DNA of 64,000 nt. Source: Eledone cirrhosa. Its lineage: Eukaryota. The notes below the pieces were generated by a model that saw only the letters and a list, made by a program, of their open reading frames with translations, was not told the DNA's origin and did not search any database. Position 1 is the first letter of the stretch; each line of letters begins with the position of its first letter. This document shows, piece by piece, positions 51,295 through 63,044 of the stretch. Made by a program: the position numbers and the translations under genes. The stretch is from NCBI GenBank assembly GCA_964016885.1, contig OZ024744.1:74524001-74588000 (forward strand), written 5' to 3'.

Positions 51295-54200
51295 CCTTGA
51301 ATCTCAGTCATTGATGTTGGTTAACTGGAAAGTCCGTTGGATTGAATATCAAGCCACTACCTGCAGCCTCAGATATTCAGGACGTATCGGAGGGTTCTTG
51401 CCGTTCCAAGCAAGCATGCCTTTTGAAGCGTTCCAAAAAGCGTGAAGGGGCCGATTTTCTTTAACCATCCCTGGAAACCTTTGGAGATAGTCCCCAGTGC
51501 GCCTATGACAATCGGGATCACTTTGACTTCATGGCAGTTCCAAATCCTTTTCACCTCCCACTTTAGGTCCTGGTATCGGTCAATTTTCTCCCTCTCCTTC
51601 TCTTGCACTCTCGTGTCGAACGGGCAGGCCACATCCACAATCAGGCACGATCTTTTTTCTTTGTCCACAACCACCAGGTCAGGTCTATTGTGTTCCAGTT
51701 TTTTGTCCGTCTGTATCCTAAAATCCCACAGCACCTTCACCTGATTGTTCTCCATCACCGCCTCTGGCCTATGCTCATACCATTTCTCAGAATGTGGTAG
51801 ATTGTTTACTTTGCACAGGTGCCAGTGGATCACCCTGCCCATCACATCGTGTCTCCAGCCCTTATAGTGGGTCTGGGCTAGGTGTTTACACTCGGACACA
51901 ATGTGAGCCACAGTCTCCTCTCTCTCTCCACAGATCCTGCACAGTGGGCTAGCCTCCTCCTTGTAGATATGGTGCTTCAACCACTTCGTTTTGAGGGCCT
52001 GCTCCTGCGCAGCCATTAGCATTCCTTCTGTAGCCTTTTTGAGGTCTCCTCTTCTCAACCAGTTCCATGTCTGTGGATCTCTAAATTCAGTTTTCTCAAA
52101 GAAGGTACTATGAAGGGATTTTCCCTTAAGGCTGCTCTTCCTCCTTGATGTTATTTCCTCCTTGGGTATCCCCTGGCCTACTGTCCCCTCCTTCAGTACA
52201 GCTCTGAGCATTGGCTCCTTACTATAGGTCACGTATTTGTATAGGTTGTTTTTCTCCATCTGAACACAGTCCTCTATGCTGATAAGACCTCTTCCACCCT
52301 CCGATCTCCTTAGGTAGAGTCTATCGACATCACTCCTCTTGTGGAACATGTTGTAGATAGTCAATAGCTTCCTAGTCTTCCTATCCATTTCTTTTTGTTC
52401 AGCAACATTCCATCTCAGAATTCCCGCACTGTACCTAATAATAGACACAGCTCGGGAATTTACTGCGCTTATGGCATTTCTGCTGTTCAGATGTGACTTC
52501 AATACGCTCCTTACTCTCCGAATGTATTCAGTTCTTAACAATTCCTTCATTTTTTTGTTCTTTATGCCATCAGCCTCCAGAACGCCCAAATACTTGTATC
52601 CTTCCTCAGAGTCAATTTCCTTTATCATCTCACCTGTTGGTATCTGGATCCCGTTACTTCTGCTCAACCTACCCCTCCTCATCACAATGACTCCACATTT
52701 ACCAATACCAAACTGCATACATATATCACTGCTGAAAATACGGACAGTGTCAACAAGCACATCCAACTCCTTCTCACTTTTCCCGAAGAGCTTAAGGTCG
52801 TCCATGAAGAGGAGGTGATTGATGGTAAGCTCTCCCCTTCCCAACTTGTATCCTGCTCTCACTTTTCGCAGCATAATGGTCAAGGGCATCAGGGCAAGGA
52901 CAAACAACAGAGGGGACAGGCTATCTCCCTGGAAGATACCTCTCTTGATCTTCACGCTTCCCAAGGATACTCCAGTTGATGTCAACTCTGTCTCCCAGGA
53001 CCCCATACTCCTGCCCAGCAACTGTCTGATGTTATCTGCCACCCTGAAGATCTCCAGGCTTTTGGTGATCCAGGAATGAGGCACCATGTCAAATGCCTTT
53101 CTGTAGTCTATCCATCCCATGGCAAGATCAGTGTGTCTCCTCCTGCAATTCCCCATTACCATCTTATCAATAAGCAACTGGTCCTTTGTACCACGTGACT
53201 TCTTTCGGCATCCCTTCTGTTCGTCCGGCAACAAGTTGTTTGTGTGGAGGTGATGGTAGATTTCCTCAGACACAATGCTCGTCAACAGTTTCCACATTAC
53301 GGGCAGACATGTGATAGGTCTATAGTTGGTGACATCATTACCCTTGATTTGGTCTTTCATTATCAGAACTGTGGTACCTTTTGTCAACCACTCTGGCACC
53401 TCACCCGACACCAAGCAGTCATTGAACATGGCCGTCAGCTTCGGGTGGAGGGATGTTAAATGTTTAATCCAATACCCCTGCACACCATCTGGGCCTGGTG
53501 ATTTCCAGTTGGTTAGTTTTTTGGCTTGCCCCTTAAGAGTTTCAACTGTGATACTCAAATCAGTCTGTTGCTGTGCCTGCTCACCGATCTCCCTCTGTAC
53601 TGTCTCAATCCACCCTGCCTGGGCATTGTGTCTAACACCCTGCTCCCATATTCCTCTCCAGAATGTTTTAGCTTGTTCCGCCCCAGGGATCAAGTCGGTG
53701 CCTCTTTCTTTCCCCTCAAGCTGTCCAAACAGCATCTTCTGGTTGTTGTCGAACATGCGGTTCTGTTTATACTGACTGACTCTGTTCTCGTATCGCCTGA
53801 TTTTGGCACTCTTTGCTACAATGCGTTGCTTCAATTCCTCTATGATAATATTTAGCTTTTTACTCCTAGTTTTGTATTTTATTTCCAGTCTATTTTTAGT
53901 GCCTATGTTTTTTAGTGTCCCATTCAGTAGTGACTCAAGCTTTCCTATGTCATTTCTCATTTCCCCGATTTGCCCACTCAGTCGCTTCTTCCACCACGGC
54001 TCTGCTCTTTCTTGTCTGTTGTTTCCTCTCGCTTTTATACCAAGTAGTTTCCTCACCGTATTTGCTGTTGCTTTGAGGATATTGTTGCACTGGTGAAGAC
54101 TCCTCGCCTCAAGGTATGGGATGACTTTGTTTACCTTAGCTGTTGTTTCTTTTAACTTTTTCCTGTCTACAAATCTTAGGTTCATAGGTCTCCCACTATC

Positions 54201-55208
54201 ATTGTTCAACTCATCTACCACTAAATTTAGGATGTCAACCGAATCTTGTCCTAGCCCGTCAGCATTCATCTCCTCAGTGGCCGTATCTCTGTTCCAGGTA
54301 TTATTTATCTCAGTATTCAGATCATTGTCTGCTTCGGGTGGTTCCTTCGCTCTCAGGACCTCCTCACCTTCATTTCCCGCCGGCTCGCTTGTCTGGCATA
54401 CTACACCCGCCATCTCCAAGCCATTCTCTCTGCTCAGTTCCTCCAGTTCCAGCTCGCTTATCCACCCATTAGTTCTTATTACCCGAGCCTGCCCGGCCAA
54501 TTTTTGTTCATCTAATTTAAATAAACCAATCTCGTTCCAGATGTTATGCATCCGTCTCCTGTAGCCCCTCTCCTTGGGGTTACTTTTCAGGTAGCATTGC
54601 ATAACAGTTCTATTCAATTCTTTCGTCCAGTTGGTTCTGGCCCCTTTCCTTCTTCTTCTTCCTCCAACATCAGCAGTATTTCGTTGACAGTCAGGTTCCT
54701 GCTGCTGAGCCAGGGGGCACCTGTTGGGTGAGAGTCTGTCACATGACGTTCTAGTCTCCATTTCACCGTTATTCGAACTGTTTATGTTCGATATTTAAAC
54801 ACTCTTATCGAGGATTGGCGAATGTATGTTTACATAGCCATCTGTGGATCCGCCATCCCACTTGGCCCTTGTGTGGCATTATCACCACGCTGTATACGGA
54901 CACACATAAACAAACAAACACACGGGCAGAAAGGGCCCCAAAAATGAATAAGCATAAGTTTCATTGTAATGTAGTATTCGAATGTCCGACTTAGTTTTTG
55001 TTTTTTAAGTTTTACTTTTCCCCCCCTCTTCTCTGTCCGTCCGCCTGCTTCTCTCTTCATTCTTATTTTCTTTACGTTTTTGGGGTTTCTTTTTTTGTTT
55101 TTGTTTTTCTCTGTTTTTCTCGTTTTTTACTGTTGTTGCTGTGCTGCTTTTGTTGTTTGTTTTTTCTTTTTTCTTTTGAGTCTATCTATATATTTTGATG
55201 CCTTCCTC

Positions 55209-55209
<1 letters not shown>
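51295..55209 (-). mobile_element. Apparently full-length R4/Dong-type RLE retrotransposon (~3.9 kb)
   Basis: Single intact ORF, ~75-nt 3' UTR, (AAT)n tail on -, ~450-nt A-rich 5' leader, (ATT)n tracts on both sides (51268-51294, 55210-55247). Confidence 0.92.
51369..54761 (-). CDS. R4/Dong-type protein, 1130 aa: N-terminal putative DNA-binding region, RT, CCHC finger, restriction-like endonuclease
   Basis: WKSPGPDG, NYRPITCL, WIDYRKAFDMVPH, GIFQGDSLSP, LLFMDDLKLF, YKYLG; CRIC-x8-H-x4-C; RHD; RPDLVV...DVACP...EKIDRY (PD-D/ExK type); no APE domain. Confidence 0.95.
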   Translation of the reverse strand: METRTSCDRLSPNRCPLAQQQEPDCQRNTADVGGRRRRKGARTNWTKELNRTVMQCYLKSNPKERGYRRRMHNIWNEIGLFKLDEQKLAGQARVIRTNGWISELELEELSRENGLEMAGVVCQTSEPAGNEGEEVLRAKEPPEADNDLNTEINNTWNRDTATEEMNADGLGQDSVDILNLVVDELNNDSGRPMNLRFVDRKKLKETTAKVNKVIPYLEARSLHQCNNILKATANTVRKLLGIKARGNNRQERAEPWWKKRLSGQIGEMRNDIGKLESLLNGTLKNIGTKNRLEIKYKTRSKKLNIIIEELKQRIVAKSAKIRRYENRVSQYKQNRMFDNNQKMLFGQLEGKERGTDLIPGAEQAKTFWRGIWEQGVRHNAQAGWIETVQREIGEQAQQQTDLSITVETLKGQAKKLTNWKSPGPDGVQGYWIKHLTSLHPKLTAMFNDCLVSGEVPEWLTKGTTVLIMKDQIKGNDVTNYRPITCLPVMWKLLTSIVSEEIYHHLHTNNLLPDEQKGCRKKSRGTKDQLLIDKMVMGNCRRRHTDLAMGWIDYRKAFDMVPHSWITKSLEIFRVADNIRQLLGRSMGSWETELTSTGVSLGSVKIKRGIFQGDSLSPLLFVLALMPLTIMLRKVRAGYKLGRGELTINHLLFMDDLKLFGKSEKELDVLVDTVRIFSSDICMQFGIGKCGVIVMRRGRLSRSNGIQIPTGEMIKEIDSEEGYKYLGVLEADGIKNKKMKELLRTEYIRRVRSVLKSHLNSRNAISAVNSRAVSIIRYSAGILRWNVAEQKEMDRKTRKLLTIYNMFHKRSDVDRLYLRRSEGGRGLISIEDCVQMEKNNLYKYVTYSKEPMLRAVLKEGTVGQGIPKEEITSRRKSSLKGKSLHSTFFEKTEFRDPQTWNWLRRGDLKKATEGMLMAAQEQALKTKWLKHHIYKEEASPLCRICGEREETVAHIVSECKHLAQTHYKGWRHDVMGRVIHWHLCKVNNLPHSEKWYEHRPEAVMENNQVKVLWDFRIQTDKKLEHNRPDLVVVDKEKRSCLIVDVACPFDTRVQEKEREKIDRYQDLKWEVKRIWNCHEVKVIPIVIGALGTISKGFQGWLKKIGPFTLFGTLQKACLLGTARTLRYVLNI

Positions 55210-55247
<38 letters not shown>

Positions 55248-55462
55248 GAATGCCATGGTTGACGGAGGCTCGGCTCTGTAAGGTATAGTAATTTTTAACC
55301 GTTAAAACAATTGTAAATTGTTTAAAACTTGAACCAAATTGTTGATAAAGACACCCTCCTCCTCGTGAGAGGGGTCTTTCTGTCCGTTATTTGGCCCTTC
55401 GGGGTTAAATAATCAGTTATTGGGGTTTTGTACCCAAAATTTCATTTTAAACAAAAAACAAC

Positions 55463-57558
55463 ATGGCTACGAAAAAGAAATTTCATACGTCACTCCCACT
55501 CATTCCGTCTTCTTCTTCCTCAATCATCACTACAGCAGAGAGAAGATTGTCTCTCTCCCTCCCTTCTTTAAATGTGTCTCTCTCCCTCCCTTCTCTTTCG
55601 CAAGTGACGAAAGAAAAGAAAAGTCTCGTGCAAAGCGTGCAAGGTTTCTCCACGACGACGACGACAGCGACGAAACAGGTGTGCGGGAAATACGAAAACC
55701 CAGTTCATTCGTCTGACGTCAGGAATAATAGCAGTAGCAGCCGTAATAACAACAGCAACAGTGACAATTAAAACAACAGTAGCAGCCGCAACAGCATCAC
55801 CAGCAGCATAAACAACAACAGCATTAGCAGCAGCAACACCAACAACAACCACAGCAACAGCGGCGGAGGCAGTAGTCGTAGTACCTGCAGCAACAACAAA
55901 AGTACCAGCAGCTCTGACGACAACAACAACAGCAGAGAAAAACCAATCTCATTTGCAGGTATTGCGAAAAACTTGGAAACAATCCTCATAACAAATGAGG
56001 AATTAGAGGAAGCGAAGAAGATGGTGACAAAGAACGGACACCGAGCAATCTGCAAGGCAGCGAAAAATTTTTTCGAAACCCAAGAGCACTGTACGGTCAC
56101 GTACCGTACAGTAAGTACAAAATCCCGTAGGGTGGAAAGAGCCACAGAGGCCCAAATACAAAAAGCCTTGGGGTCTGTGTGGCAGCGGAAAACGCACATC
56201 ACCCGAGGCAAAAAATATGCCACCGTAGACGTACTTTTTGCCACACCCCAGGAGGCAAAGGCCCAATCAGTAGTGACCCTAAGGAGCGAGGAAATGGTGT
56301 TGGTGCCCTCCTACTGTGGGCAAAAATTGTGAGGGTCAAACTGACCCACGTCCCCCCCGGAATGACCCCTTCTTGGCTGGCCGCGTCTGTCCTCGTCGGA
56401 ATCGAGGACAAAACAACTGTACTGCAAGTACAGAAAAAAGTAAGAGAAGATTGGGTCGGCTCCTCCATTGAGATGCTAATCCAAACCAACCAGGAGTGCA
56501 TCGAAGCTATCCCGGATGTGATAGACTTCGATAACGGCACTCAACTGCCCATAAGTGTTGAGGGCAAACGCCCGAAATGCTTTCGCAGTGGATCGAAGAC
56601 TCACCTCAGGGCCTTCTGCAACGAGAAGACCCTGAGAAAGGAGAAAACCCCCCTCCTTCCGAATCCGGCTCCACGGCTACCAGCAACAGGACAAGCGGCA
56701 ACCAGGAACGATAGGCCCGTGGCACCCATACCCACTCCACGGAAATCAAAAACAGCAGCAGCAGTGGAAATACTAACAACAACAACAGCAATACCAAATG
56801 CAGCTGCAACAGAGACTCCAGTGCAAACATCACCAACAACAACAAGTGAAAGAGTGGAGTTGGTACCCCTCCCCGACCTCACAGAATCAGACATGGAGTG
56901 TGAGGTGGGAGAGAGATGGCAAAAGGTCGTAAGAAGGCACAAACGCAGAAGCAGCGCATCGTCGCCTTTGAAAAGGGAGGAAAGAAATGAGAAAAGGGTA
57001 AATTCTACTACAAAGAGACCCACAGCAGCAACAACACCAACACCATCACCACCCACACTAGCGCCACCATCACCACCGGCGACAACCCCACCGCCAACAA
57101 CACCTTCAACACCACCACCACAAGCACCAACATCGCAAACACAACAACAAAAAACACACACCCAGCAACAACGACAAGAAAATAGCAGAACCACACCCCA
57201 CCCCCAGAAAAACAAATGCACGGCAATAAATACACACAACAAGAAACTAATGACTTACATAATTGAACACACAGACATTTCACAACAGGACTACATAATA
57301 CCAGCACCAATCAAAACGCCAACTAACATAAGACTGCTAAAAATAGCACAGAAACAATACACAAACATTAAAACGAAATTCCCCAACGCAGTTGGTGATT
57401 TCAGGGACCTAGGAGGAACCATTAATCGAAGAGTATATTCAGACATTCTCTTAGAAGAGCCGACGACCAGCCGAAGGGACGATTCAACGGTCCCTTCACC
57501 AGACGATCAAGTGAAAAGGGATGTAAAAACCATCCCTCCTCTACCAAAAGTACGGTAA
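55463..57558 (+). pseudogene. Tx1 ORF1 with TAA stop (55769-55771), 1-nt deletion (~56325) and C-to-S change in the knuckle
   Basis: ORF pieces 55463-55771, 55973-56332, 56179-57558. Confidence 0.85.
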
Positions 57559-57593
57559 GTGGTCTTTCCCATCTTTTCCACTCTATTTTAAAC

Positions 57594-60500
57594 ATGACCT
57601 CACTCAGAATAGGCAGCATAAATGCGCGTGGCTTGGGGTCGTCATGGAAGCAGGGTCACCTGCTCAACGACCTCAGGTCACTAAACATAGATGTAGTGGC
57701 CATCAGCGAGACCAGATTCTCCGAAGCACGGGCCTTCGCACCGATCTTCGGCGGCTACGATGTGTACGCATCTCCCAGCCGTCCTGGATCGGGTGGAGGA
57801 GTTGCTGTGCTTTTTCGGAGAGGTTTGGATCTCGCCATACGGGCCATCTTCCTGGACCCAGAGGGTAAGCTGGTGGTGCTGGACGTGACCAGCGGAGACG
57901 GGCAAGCTTTCAGGCTAGTGGCCGTCTATGCCCCGACAGGAGCAGGGCGGCCTGATTTCTTCCGGCGTCTGGAGACCTTTCTTGGAACGTCCCGCTCTTT
58001 AGTGTTAGTGGGCGACTGGAACGGGATCTTAGATGCACGCTGGGACTGTGTGGGATTAGCGGATAGGGGTGGAGGGTGCAAGAGCCTCACCAACCTGCTC
58101 AGGCGTTTTGAACTGTCTGACAGGTACCGATTGGATTTCCCGAATGTGCCAATGTGGACTTGGACAAACCGCATAGGGTCATCCAGATCATATCTAGATA
58201 GAGTATTTTGTAGGGAAATAGATAGGTCTAGCATAGGCTGTCCACAATTCAAGATAGTCAGCTACACGGACCACAAATTCGTGACCTGTGTGCTTGACTT
58301 AGATAGGCTTCATAGACGAGGACCCGGCTACTGGAAGCTAAACGCGTCCTTACCAGCGCGCAAGGCCTACAGAGACCGGATTAGCGAACTAGTTAAGCGG
58401 GCGTTGACGGGGGCCATCGTCAACAACAAGTGGTGGTTTGCTCTGAAAAGAGCGATTAGAATAGAATCGATTAGGTTTAGTAAGGCTTTAGCAATAGAGA
58501 AAAATAGAGCAGAGGGAGAACTAGTTAGAAAATTAGACGAGGCGCTTAGCAAAGGCATTGCGACCGACGTGCTTGCGGCGAAATTGGCCCTTGACCAATT
58601 CTTCAATGCAAAGCACGAAGGCTGCGTTGTCAGAGCTAGGGTGCGTGTTCTCAGACACGAGGGGACGAAAGCCGTTCAATGGGCCCGAGTGGCGGAGGCG
58701 CGTCGTGGCAACAAAGCCACGATCCGGTCTTTGGTGGACCACGACGGGCGCATGCTACTCGATCCCGGGCAAATGTGTGAAGCTTTTCAGCGACACTTCG
58801 CTCAGCTGTTCGGGGGCAGCGGGGGACCGGGTAGAGGGATGGACTCTAGTGTCTACCTCGACGGACTGCCGCGGCTCTCGGCCACTGAGGCGAAGTGTTG
58901 CGAAAAGCCGATAACAGCCGCTGAAGTACGGGAGGCAATGACTGGCTGCACAAGGGGTAAATCGCCTGGTTTGGATGGTCTGCCCTATGAACTTTACGTA
59001 CAGATGCCAGACTTGTTCGGAGGCCTCTTGGCGGACGTCTACTGCAACTGGCAACAGAACGGGAGAATTCCCAGTTCTGTGAGCCGAGGAGCGGTGGCAC
59101 TGCTGAGAAAGGATCCGAACAAGGGGGATAACATAGACAATTTCCGGCCCATAACTCTGCTAAACACAGAGTTTAAGATTTTGGCCAAGTTTCTAGCAAA
59201 GAGGTTGGCGCTTGTCGTTGGTGGTCTGGTGGGAGAGGCGCAGACATGCGCCATTCCTGACAGATCCATCCACGACAACCTCCACCTCATGCGATACATC
59301 GTAGAGAGGGTAGCTAGGGAACCTGGCACGGGTGGGTCCTTGATCAATTTAGATCAGTCGAAAGCTTTCGATAGGGTCGACCATCGTTACCTAGCGGCAG
59401 TCCTGAGGGCGGCTGGCTTTGGGCCCGTCTTCAGAGGCTGGATCGCTGCCATGCACAGCGACATCTGCTCTGTAGTGAGAGTGAACGGTCACCTGTCGGA
59501 ACCGTTCAACATCATGCGCTCGGTCCGCCAAGGATGTCCCCTCTCGTCCCTCTTGTACGTATTGACTCTCGAGCCATTACTGCACAAACTGGAGACGTTG
59601 AGGGGAGTCCCGCGCGAACTAGGATGCGGAAGATCCGTGTCAGCATATGCGGACGATGTCACCGTAGTGGTGTCGAACGCCAAACACATCGAGGCGATCG
59701 GCACTACACTAAGAGAATACGAAGCGGTGACAGGAGCAATGATCAACCAGGAAAAGTCAGTGGGCCTGCAGCTCGGCACCTGGAGAGGCAGGTCCATGCC
59801 GTCCAACAGCGTCGTCGGGCGCTGGACGGACGGACCGGTTAAATTGCTAGGGGTCTGGTTCGGTCCGGACCTCCAGACGGACAAAAACTGGGACGAGGTG
59901 ACGAGCAGGGTGGCTTCTCTCACCCAGAAATGGGCCGAGAGGAAGCTATCCCTGAAAGGTCGAGCGGAGGTGGCTAACGCGTACATCGCGTCTGTCATCT
60001 GCTACCGCCTAACCGTCGTATCTTGTCCTAAGCCTCGCCTGACTGCGCTGGAGCGTTTGCTCTTTCGCTTTTTGTGGAAGGGACGTGCTCCGATGGTCAG
60101 GCGGTCAATCTGTTGTCAACACCCGCTACGTGGAGGGCTGGGCATGCCGTGGCTGATGATGCGCAGGCACGCGCTCAGGCTACGACATCTCCACCTCTTC
60201 CTCGACGGTGATCAGGTGTGGTCGCCTTTTGCTAGACGCGTTTTTCCCCAGCTCGTTTCCTTGACGGAGCTGCAGTCCTGGGTCAAGCGAAGACCGAGAG
60301 GGAGCGCCTGGAGACAGGAATGTCTTCAGGCGCTCACAGCCCTCGACCAATCGGGCAATGTGATCGGTGGAAACTCCACCTCGGCGTTCTATAGAGGATT
60401 AGTGGAGGGGAAGAGCGACGACGTACTTGGGGAAACTCTAGGCGTCGACGAAAATCAACTAGCCAATCTCTTCGGAAGAACTTTCGGGCCGGGGCCTATG

Positions 60501-61013
60501 GACAACTTCCAGAAATCTCTGGCCTGGCAGTGCTACCGAGGAGCCTTGCCAGTTCGGGATAAACTCTACAGGCATGGAGGTGCCGTCAGCCGGGCATGTC
60601 CGAGATGCGCGCAGGGCGACGAAACCGTCCTGCACGCACTCGTCCAGTGTCCGAAAATTGCTGACTTGTGGGTTTATGTCGAACACCTGCTGTCGCGTTT
60701 AGGACGGATCCGGCTATCATCTGAGTCCATCGTGAGGATTGCCCCGCCCTCCTCCTTTAGCCGGGAAGGGCAGGCAGTTTTTATCTGCCTGGTGGCCATG
60801 GCGAAAGAGATAGTATGGTGGACACGTTTGAAAGGGCTGAAGACGAGCACTTACCTCTTCGGTGATGCTCTGATTGACTTTTTCAAATTTCATTTGAAAA
60901 GGAAAATCAGAGTAGAGAGGGAAGTGCTCTCTTCCCAGCATTTTGTTGAAAGATGGGTGAGAGAAGCAAGAATGGCCCGAGTGAATGGGCCTACTCTGAG
61001 CATATATCTGTAA
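57594..61013 (+). CDS. Tx1 ORF2 polyprotein, 1139 aa, intact
   Basis: Same APE/RT/CCHC motifs as 7687-11106, few substitutions. Confidence 0.96.
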   Translation: MTSLRIGSINARGLGSSWKQGHLLNDLRSLNIDVVAISETRFSEARAFAPIFGGYDVYASPSRPGSGGGVAVLFRRGLDLAIRAIFLDPEGKLVVLDVTSGDGQAFRLVAVYAPTGAGRPDFFRRLETFLGTSRSLVLVGDWNGILDARWDCVGLADRGGGCKSLTNLLRRFELSDRYRLDFPNVPMWTWTNRIGSSRSYLDRVFCREIDRSSIGCPQFKIVSYTDHKFVTCVLDLDRLHRRGPGYWKLNASLPARKAYRDRISELVKRALTGAIVNNKWWFALKRAIRIESIRFSKALAIEKNRAEGELVRKLDEALSKGIATDVLAAKLALDQFFNAKHEGCVVRARVRVLRHEGTKAVQWARVAEARRGNKATIRSLVDHDGRMLLDPGQMCEAFQRHFAQLFGGSGGPGRGMDSSVYLDGLPRLSATEAKCCEKPITAAEVREAMTGCTRGKSPGLDGLPYELYVQMPDLFGGLLADVYCNWQQNGRIPSSVSRGAVALLRKDPNKGDNIDNFRPITLLNTEFKILAKFLAKRLALVVGGLVGEAQTCAIPDRSIHDNLHLMRYIVERVAREPGTGGSLINLDQSKAFDRVDHRYLAAVLRAAGFGPVFRGWIAAMHSDICSVVRVNGHLSEPFNIMRSVRQGCPLSSLLYVLTLEPLLHKLETLRGVPRELGCGRSVSAYADDVTVVVSNAKHIEAIGTTLREYEAVTGAMINQEKSVGLQLGTWRGRSMPSNSVVGRWTDGPVKLLGVWFGPDLQTDKNWDEVTSRVASLTQKWAERKLSLKGRAEVANAYIASVICYRLTVVSCPKPRLTALERLLFRFLWKGRAPMVRRSICCQHPLRGGLGMPWLMMRRHALRLRHLHLFLDGDQVWSPFARRVFPQLVSLTELQSWVKRRPRGSAWRQECLQALTALDQSGNVIGGNSTSAFYRGLVEGKSDDVLGETLGVDENQLANLFGRTFGPGPMDNFQKSLAWQCYRGALPVRDKLYRHGGAVSRACPRCAQGDETVLHALVQCPKIADLWVYVEHLLSRLGRIRLSSESIVRIAPPSSFSREGQAVFICLVAMAKEIVWWTRLKGLKTSTYLFGDALIDFFKFHLKRKIRVEREVLSSQHFVERWVREARMARVNGPTLSIYL

Positions 61014-61274
61014 ATTAAAGGTGGAAAACTGGGAGAGGGCACTTGCCTTGGTGGTCAGGGTCATTGTGGCTTTTTACTGGGCTTTCTCCACAAATGTCCC
61101 TCCGAAGTCTCCCCCCTATTGGGGAATTTTTCATTGTTATTTTCATTGTTATTTTTGTTACATCCTCTGTTTTTGTTTTTTTTACACGCAGAAATGCCCA
61201 TTTGTACCGTCCTGCATTGTCCTGCACTGTCCTTAATGTCTACTTTATGTAAACCCTTGTGGTTAATAAAGAAA

Positions 61275-61334
<60 letters not shown>

Positions 61335-61840
61335 GAGGGCGGTGGATTGGCAGTATCGGTGGACGGTCTGATGCCATGCTTTGCAGCAAAGGGTTACGGC
61401 CCTTTATGGTTTGAGTTCAAATGCCGCCGAGGTTAAATTTTGCCTTTCATCCTTACGGGGTCGATAAAATAATGCACCAGTAACGTAGTGGGGTAAATTT
61501 AATCGAATTTCCCTTCCGCCAAAATTGCTGGCCTTGTGCCTATAGTAGAAATCATTATTATTAGAGCGGTGGATTGGCAGTATTGGTGGAGCGTCGGACA
61601 ACATGCTTTATGGCATGGAGTTTCGGCCCTTAATTTTCTGAGTTCGAATCATGCCGAAGTTAGCTTTGCCTTTAATCCTTTGTATCTAAAGTAGAAACAA
61701 TTATTATTATTACGTCCCTTTACAATCTGAGTTCAAATCCCGCCGAGTTTAACTTTGCTTTCATCCTTACGGGGTCGATAAAATAAAGTACCAGTAATGC
61801 ATTGGGATAATTGCTGGTCTTGTGCCAAAAGTAGAAACAA
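61335..61840 (+). mobile_element. Tandem array of three tRNA-derived SINE copies separated by (ATT)n
   Basis: A-box TGGCAGTATCGG, B-box GAGTTCAAAT, 3' CCTTGTGCC..AGTAGAAA(T)C-(ATT)n; units ~61335-61553, 61564-61699, 61712-61840. Confidence 0.85.
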
Positions 61841-62061
61841 TTATTATTATAAAATATGGCAGAAGTTTCTTCTCAAGCAAAGATTCCGTTGATTTAACGA
61901 AGCATGATTTACGAAACGAATGTTTGAATGAAAATCAATGAATTCTTTGAAACGGACGATCAAATCTACGTGAATAAGTTGACATACTGCCAGTAAATTT
62001 GCTTTAATATTTAAGCAATATACATACATGCATAGACACATACGTAGATACATATATAGCT

Positions 62062-62101
<40 letters not shown>

Positions 62102-62107
62102 ACACAC

Positions 62108-62139
<32 letters not shown>

Positions 62140-62686
62140 GTACATATATATATATGTACATATATATATATACATACATATATAAACATACATATTATAT
62201 ACATAGACACACACACACACACACACATATATACATAATATAATATGTATAATATGTATGTGTGTGTGTCTATGTATATGAACGTGGGAGCAGGAAGGAA
62301 GAAGGAATGTGTGCGTATGTGTGTTTTGGGAGAGAATATTCACGAAGGGCATTAGGGATCGGAAAACGATGTAAAATGTCATGGCATCGCTCGAAGGACA
62401 GCTTATTCAAGAACTTTCCACTGTACTAGACAGACAATAAGTTATTCAAGCTTGCACCACCTCTCCATCCAGGTGCATACATTCAAACACATATGCACAT
62501 ACCTACATGCAAAATATACACATATACGCAAATACACACATACGTACACACACACAAACTCTCTCGCTCACACACACACACATATATATATACATATATA
62601 TCCGTGTTTGACGGCTGACAGAAAGGAGTACTCAATACTCAAGTAGAGTTTTAATATTCATTATATTAAGGATAAATGGCTAAATG

Positions 62687-62874
62687 GAGGGCGGTGAATT
62701 GGCAGTATCGGTGGAGGGTCGGGCGCCATGCTTTCCAGCATAGTTACGTCCCTTTACGGTCTGACCGCAAATCCCGTGGAGGTAAACTTTGCCTTTCGTC
62801 CTTGCGGGATCGATAAAATAAAGTACCAGTAATGGCCTGGTGAATTTCTGGGTTTGTGCCAAAAGTAGAAACAA
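62687..62874 (+). mobile_element. SINE copy
   Basis: GGCGGTGAATTGGCAGTATCGG ... GATAAAATAAAGTACCAG ... TTGTGCCAAAAGTAGAAACAATT. Confidence 0.8.
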
Positions 62875-63044
62875 TTATATTAAGGCTAAATGGTGAGTCT
62901 TGTTACTCTGGAGTTTCACCTGTTTATCACACGGTTATCAGACAAAAATTAACGTTTCAATGGCTGATACAGTATAAATAAGGTACACTTCTTGTCGTTA
63001 TCTATCTCTCTATCTATCTATCTATCTATCTCTCTATCTATCTG

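Larger units (their letters stand above)
55248..61276 (+). mobile_element. Full-length Tx1 copy 7
   Basis: GAATGCC start, head-to-head with the Dong-type element across (ATT)n; (ATT)19 tail 61277-61333; closest to copy 2. Confidence 0.95.

Noticed and set aside
45250-61333. Second array as a segmental duplicate of the first
   Set aside because: Element order and truncations differ; copy 2 resembles copy 7 rather than copy 6, which occupies the analogous position
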